DNA of 10,259 nucleotides from Myxococcota bacterium (GTDB lineage Bacteria; Myxococcota_A; Bradymonadia; UBA7976; UBA1532): NCBI GenBank assembly GCA_036337435.1, contig JAYZEG010000068.1, positions 1 to 10,259 of the forward strand, read 5' to 3'. Shown piece by piece: positions 6,954 to 10,259 of this stretch (position 1 is its first letter; each line of letters starts with the position of its first letter). The notes under the pieces were generated by a model. It saw only the letters and a program-made list of their open reading frames with translations, ran no database searches and was not told where the DNA came from. The position numbers and the translations under genes were made by a program.

Positions 6954-8345
6954 ATGCAGAAAAGACCTCTATCGGACATCTCTGGAAGCGAGTATCTCCA
7001 GAACATATTGGCCGGCTTGACAGTGAGTTTTGCTGCCATCAGCCTGGGCGCCGCCTTCGGGCTTCAATCGGGCCGTGCCAACGGCATGCTTGTTGGCATC
7101 CTGTCGGCGGGGATCATCGCCGCCGTGACATCGCTTCTCGGCGGTACTCGGATCCAATGTTCTGGTCCGACAGCACCCATGACAACGGTAACCATGACCA
7201 TTTGGGCTGCCGCCTCCGGGGTGATTGCTGTTCAACTTCAAGCAGCCAACTACACCGCCGATCATTTCATGACCGTGGTCCTCATGCTCACAGCGGGTCT
7301 GTTGATTTTAATGGCGGTGTTACGCCTAGGTAAATTCATCTCGCTGGTGCCTGTCTCGGTCATCTCAGGGTTCATGAACGGCATCGCCATTCTCATTTGG
7401 GTCAGTCAGGTCAATCGCCTGTTCGGACTCGGCAGTAAGCAAGTTCTCGAGAACAACGAAATCGTGACCAAGGCCATTGACCCGTACACGGGCGGTGTGG
7501 TCGCCAATGTAGTGATTGCTACGGTCACCTGCATTCTCTTGTTCGTTATGCCAAAGATCATCAACGCCATCGCACCGAAGTATAAGTCGTTCTTGCCAGG
7601 CACCTTGATCGTCATCATCCTGATGTCGGCCATCCATAGTTTCATGGGCTTAGGGCTTCAAGTCCCCGAATTGACCAGCATCAAATCATGGGACCAAATC
7701 AGCGAGATGGCCGCAGCGCAAATTCCGTCCAGCATCAACATGGATGTGGTCTGGCTGGCACTGCCCTTTGCTCTGAATCTGACCTTGTTGGCCTACCTCG
7801 ACACATTGCTGACCTCCCTGGTCATGGACAAAAAAGTCAAAGAGACCTTTGGTTTTGAAGACAATACCAAACAGAACAAAGAACTTGCTGCACAGGGCAT
7901 TGCCAATGGGCTGGTGGCCTTCATCGGTGGTATCCCAGGTGCGCAGGCGACCATTCGCTCAGTTCTCATCTTAAAAGAGAATGCAACACTGCGACTTGCC
8001 GGTATCATGTCGGGTATTTTCGTACTGGTCGAAATGTTCTTGTTCCAAGACTGGGTTAAATTTATCCCATTGTCCGTGTTCGCGGGGCTCTTGATCAAGG
8101 TTGGCTATGACGTCATTGACTGGGACCCACTCATCGACTGGGTCAAGTCACGCGGCAAGCAGCTGGCAAACGTAAACGTCACCAACATGGACATGTTCTA
8201 TATCGCTGGAACAACCATCGTCACCGTGGTCTACAACCTGAACGCAGCAGTCATTGGCTTTACCATCATCTTCTACGTGCTCCGGAAAGCCGGTAAGGGT
8301 CAGACCCAAGGCATGGACGCACCGAGCGAAGAAGAGACAGCTTAG
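6954..8345 (+). CDS. sulP: SulP/SLC26 family inorganic anion transporter, lacking a STAS domain
   Basis: 463-aa polytopic membrane protein with SulP motifs ILAGLTV, LGGTRIQCSGPTAPM, LRLGKFISLVPVSVISGFMNGIAILI, LDTLLTS, NKELAAQGIAN, IPGAQATIRS and IPLSVFAGLLI. GAGGA lies upstream of the ATG. The protein ends about 20 aa after the last TM helix. Confidence 0.95.
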   Translation: MQKRPLSDISGSEYLQNILAGLTVSFAAISLGAAFGLQSGRANGMLVGILSAGIIAAVTSLLGGTRIQCSGPTAPMTTVTMTIWAAASGVIAVQLQAANYTADHFMTVVLMLTAGLLILMAVLRLGKFISLVPVSVISGFMNGIAILIWVSQVNRLFGLGSKQVLENNEIVTKAIDPYTGGVVANVVIATVTCILLFVMPKIINAIAPKYKSFLPGTLIVIILMSAIHSFMGLGLQVPELTSIKSWDQISEMAAAQIPSSINMDVVWLALPFALNLTLLAYLDTLLTSLVMDKKVKETFGFEDNTKQNKELAAQGIANGLVAFIGGIPGAQATIRSVLILKENATLRLAGIMSGIFVLVEMFLFQDWVKFIPLSVFAGLLIKVGYDVIDWDPLIDWVKSRGKQLANVNVTNMDMFYIAGTTIVTVVYNLNAAVIGFTIIFYVLRKAGKGQTQGMDAPSEEETA

Positions 8346-8356
8346 CCGAGACACTC

Positions 8357-8387
8357 ATGACAACGGGCTCTGTTGGTCATCCGTTTT
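8357..8387 (+). terminator. Possible weak terminator hairpin between convergent genes
   Basis: ATGACAACGG-GCT-CTGTTGGTCAT imperfect stem (8357-8380, one bulge) followed by CCGTTTT, just after the sulP stop. Confidence 0.3.
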
Positions 8388-8453
8388 AGGTGTTCTGATC
8401 AGCTGACAAATCTATCTCCTCCCATGGTCCCGTAAGGACTTTCTTCATCCCAA

Positions 8454-10259
8454 TCAGGTGCCCCAGCCATTCTCCATCCAATCGAGGACTTTGTGATGCG
8501 TCAGCATCCCACCGACTCGGTCCGTCGCGAGGGTCCATATCTGTGCCCCTCGTCTTCGAGCGAAGTTCTCAAACACCGACCCGCCCAACTCTCTTTCCAA
8601 GCGATCTTCGTGCTCATGTAATTGGAAAAGCAAGGCGCACGACCGCGCGTCTAGCTTTGGATCGGTCCGCACAAAAGACATGTCCAAATAACTCCGGGCA
8701 CGGCCATTAGCACTCTTTTTATTGTAAGCTAATTTGTCTTTTAAGGCCCGGTCGCCAAAAGACCGGTTGGCGGTGGCATCAATGCCAGCAAAGTTACCAA
8801 TACGGTTGGTCCAGCGATGATATTGAGAGCGCTTCCACTGTTTCTTGCCAGTTCGCTTCGTCACATAAGACTGTTTTAGGAAACGGTCAGCCCTCACTCG
8901 AGGGAAAATATGGTCCCATTCAATTCTGGGGTCGAGCCGAACCGATGGAGTCCAATCCCGACCAATGTCTTGATAAGGTCCGAGGAAAAGCCACTTATGC
9001 TTACTCATTAAGCGTTCACAGGCATCTTGATCATCTTCATCTGCAGGCAATCGATCGAGTACACGGCTGTAACCAAAGACCAGTTTGGCCGCACGCAAGC
9101 AGGCGTTGTGGTCCCCGTCGCTCATTGGGCCACGCCAAAAAGGATATGGATATCCGCTGCGACCGCTCATCCACCCCAGGTTGAAACTGTCTCGCTCAAA
9201 CTTGCGGCGCCCTTCTGAGCGAGATCCGAGAACGGAGGTCCAAAAACAAAAGGACAAGAGAGGCTTAACCCACTTATCAATAGGTTGGGGCCGTTGCCCT
9301 GTTCGGCTCCAAAAACCGAGCACCCAGGCGACCGCCGCACTCCAGCCGATAGACGAAAGGCCCAATACACCCAAGGCCAAACGATCAAACAAAGCGTCAT
9401 TGACCCACTGCATTGCATCGTCAAGTCGCAGTTTGCTTTGCGTGTCGGTAATGGCGTCCATTTTCCAGATGAGTAAGTTTCTCGGATCGTCGTTTTCATG
9501 TGGTGTGACCACGGGTGCCTTTGCGAGCCGCTCCAGAGACAATGGAATCGGATCGCCAACACGGATCTCGTTGTCTGTATTAGGTCGACAGACAGTGGGC
9601 AGGCCGAGTAAGCGAAGCGGTACTTTCGCCGCCGTCCTTGCGACAAGAGAGATTAAGTCACGGCGTTTCAGCGGTCCGGCGAATTCTGTCAAAGGGCTTA
9701 AGCGTTCTTCCGCTTCCAGCCATTGCTGCTTCACACCTGCAAAAAACTGCTCCGCTGCCCCCAAGGGCGTCCCCGCACTGTTCAAACGAATAAAGATCTG
9801 GAAGAGCGTCTCCGCGTCGTGGCGGTGGCCATCCAAGCGATGCACAGGAATACACGGCGTTCGATATGCCCGATGAACTGCGCCAAGAATCGACCTCATG
9901 CGAGCCAATTTTTCCTCGGGGGCTCGGCCTCCTCGTGGTGTCTCACACCATCCTGACAGCTCGTCAGTCGTTAACGTGACCGCTTGGCTGAGCCGAATCC
10001 AGCCGGTCTCAGGCGTTTTGGGTCGCGCTAGCCTGAAGCCGGCTTTGCTGCGTTCTTTTTTTGACCAGGCATTGGGGTCCCCCACGTCTTCTTCGAACCA
10101 GCGAAGATGATATGACAGGCCATGGGCGGTGTGATTTGGATTGAAGGCATCCCTCAAACTGTGCGGATAACCGTCTGTTAAATTAATCCAAAGTTGGTGG
10201 CGTCTGCCACTGATGGGATCCACCCAGCCCGAACCACCGAAGGCCGCGCTTAACGAGAG
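8454..10259 (-). CDS. DUF262 + DUF1524 (HNH) protein, GmrSD/SspE-like restriction or defence nuclease; 5' end beyond window
   Basis: The frame of track ORF 8454..10223 stays open to the edge (LSLSAAFGGSGWVDP...), so GTG 10223 is probably not the true start. DUF262 C-terminal motif LFQIFIRLNSAGTPL. DUF1524 HNH motif EWDHIFPR...NRIGNFAGIDATANRSFGD. The DGQQR motif is not in the window. Confidence 0.85.
   Translation of the reverse strand, partial: LSLSAAFGGSGWVDPISGRRHQLWINLTDGYPHSLRDAFNPNHTAHGLSYHLRWFEEDVGDPNAWSKKERSKAGFRLARPKTPETGWIRLSQAVTLTTDELSGWCETPRGGRAPEEKLARMRSILGAVHRAYRTPCIPVHRLDGHRHDAETLFQIFIRLNSAGTPLGAAEQFFAGVKQQWLEAEERLSPLTEFAGPLKRRDLISLVARTAAKVPLRLLGLPTVCRPNTDNEIRVGDPIPLSLERLAKAPVVTPHENDDPRNLLIWKMDAITDTQSKLRLDDAMQWVNDALFDRLALGVLGLSSIGWSAAVAWVLGFWSRTGQRPQPIDKWVKPLLSFCFWTSVLGSRSEGRRKFERDSFNLGWMSGRSGYPYPFWRGPMSDGDHNACLRAAKLVFGYSRVLDRLPADEDDQDACERLMSKHKWLFLGPYQDIGRDWTPSVRLDPRIEWDHIFPRVRADRFLKQSYVTKRTGKKQWKRSQYHRWTNRIGNFAGIDATANRSFGDRALKDKLAYNKKSANGRARSYLDMSFVRTDPKLDARSCALLFQLHEHEDRLERELGGSVFENFARRRGAQIWTLATDRVGGMLTHHKVLDWMENGWGT

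Noticed and set aside
8383..8470. GGGAGGAG followed by TTG, and tiny alternative-frame ORFs after the nuclease stop
   Set aside because: They yield only very short peptides with no supporting features, which cannot be distinguished from chance.
9085..9876. 263-aa plus-strand ORF
   Set aside because: It is antisense to the DUF262/DUF1524 gene, has an S/R-rich composition typical of shadow frames, and shows no motif.

Overview
A gene-dense bacterial window, probably from a Myxococcota/Bradymonadia-like deltaproteobacterium (inferred from the Cys-rich lipoproteins, MopE-type repeats and Asp-rich linkers). From right to left it holds: a 5'-truncated DUF262+DUF1524 (GmrSD/SspE-like) nuclease (-); a STAS-less SulP anion transporter (+); a membrane protein with two CxxC motifs (-); a Cys/Asp-rich lipoprotein carrying an HExxH metallopeptidase domain and interrupted by one in-frame TAA (-); a DUF1992 protein (-); and two translationally coupled lipoproteins (-). 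The first of these two (1659-3515) is the most unusual feature. It has a 244-residue Pro-free, Ser/Thr-rich segment with strict two-residue alternation that flips phase at its centre, i.e. a predicted giant beta-hairpin. Its tip (SVFDFGGSV) resembles the membrane-inserting loop of anthrax protective antigen, which suggests a cell-tethered, very long-stemmed beta-pore or tube. The second (<1-1662) is a Cys-rich, beta-rich lipoprotein that the ORF track missed because it runs off the left edge. All family assignments come from motif recognition; no searches were run.
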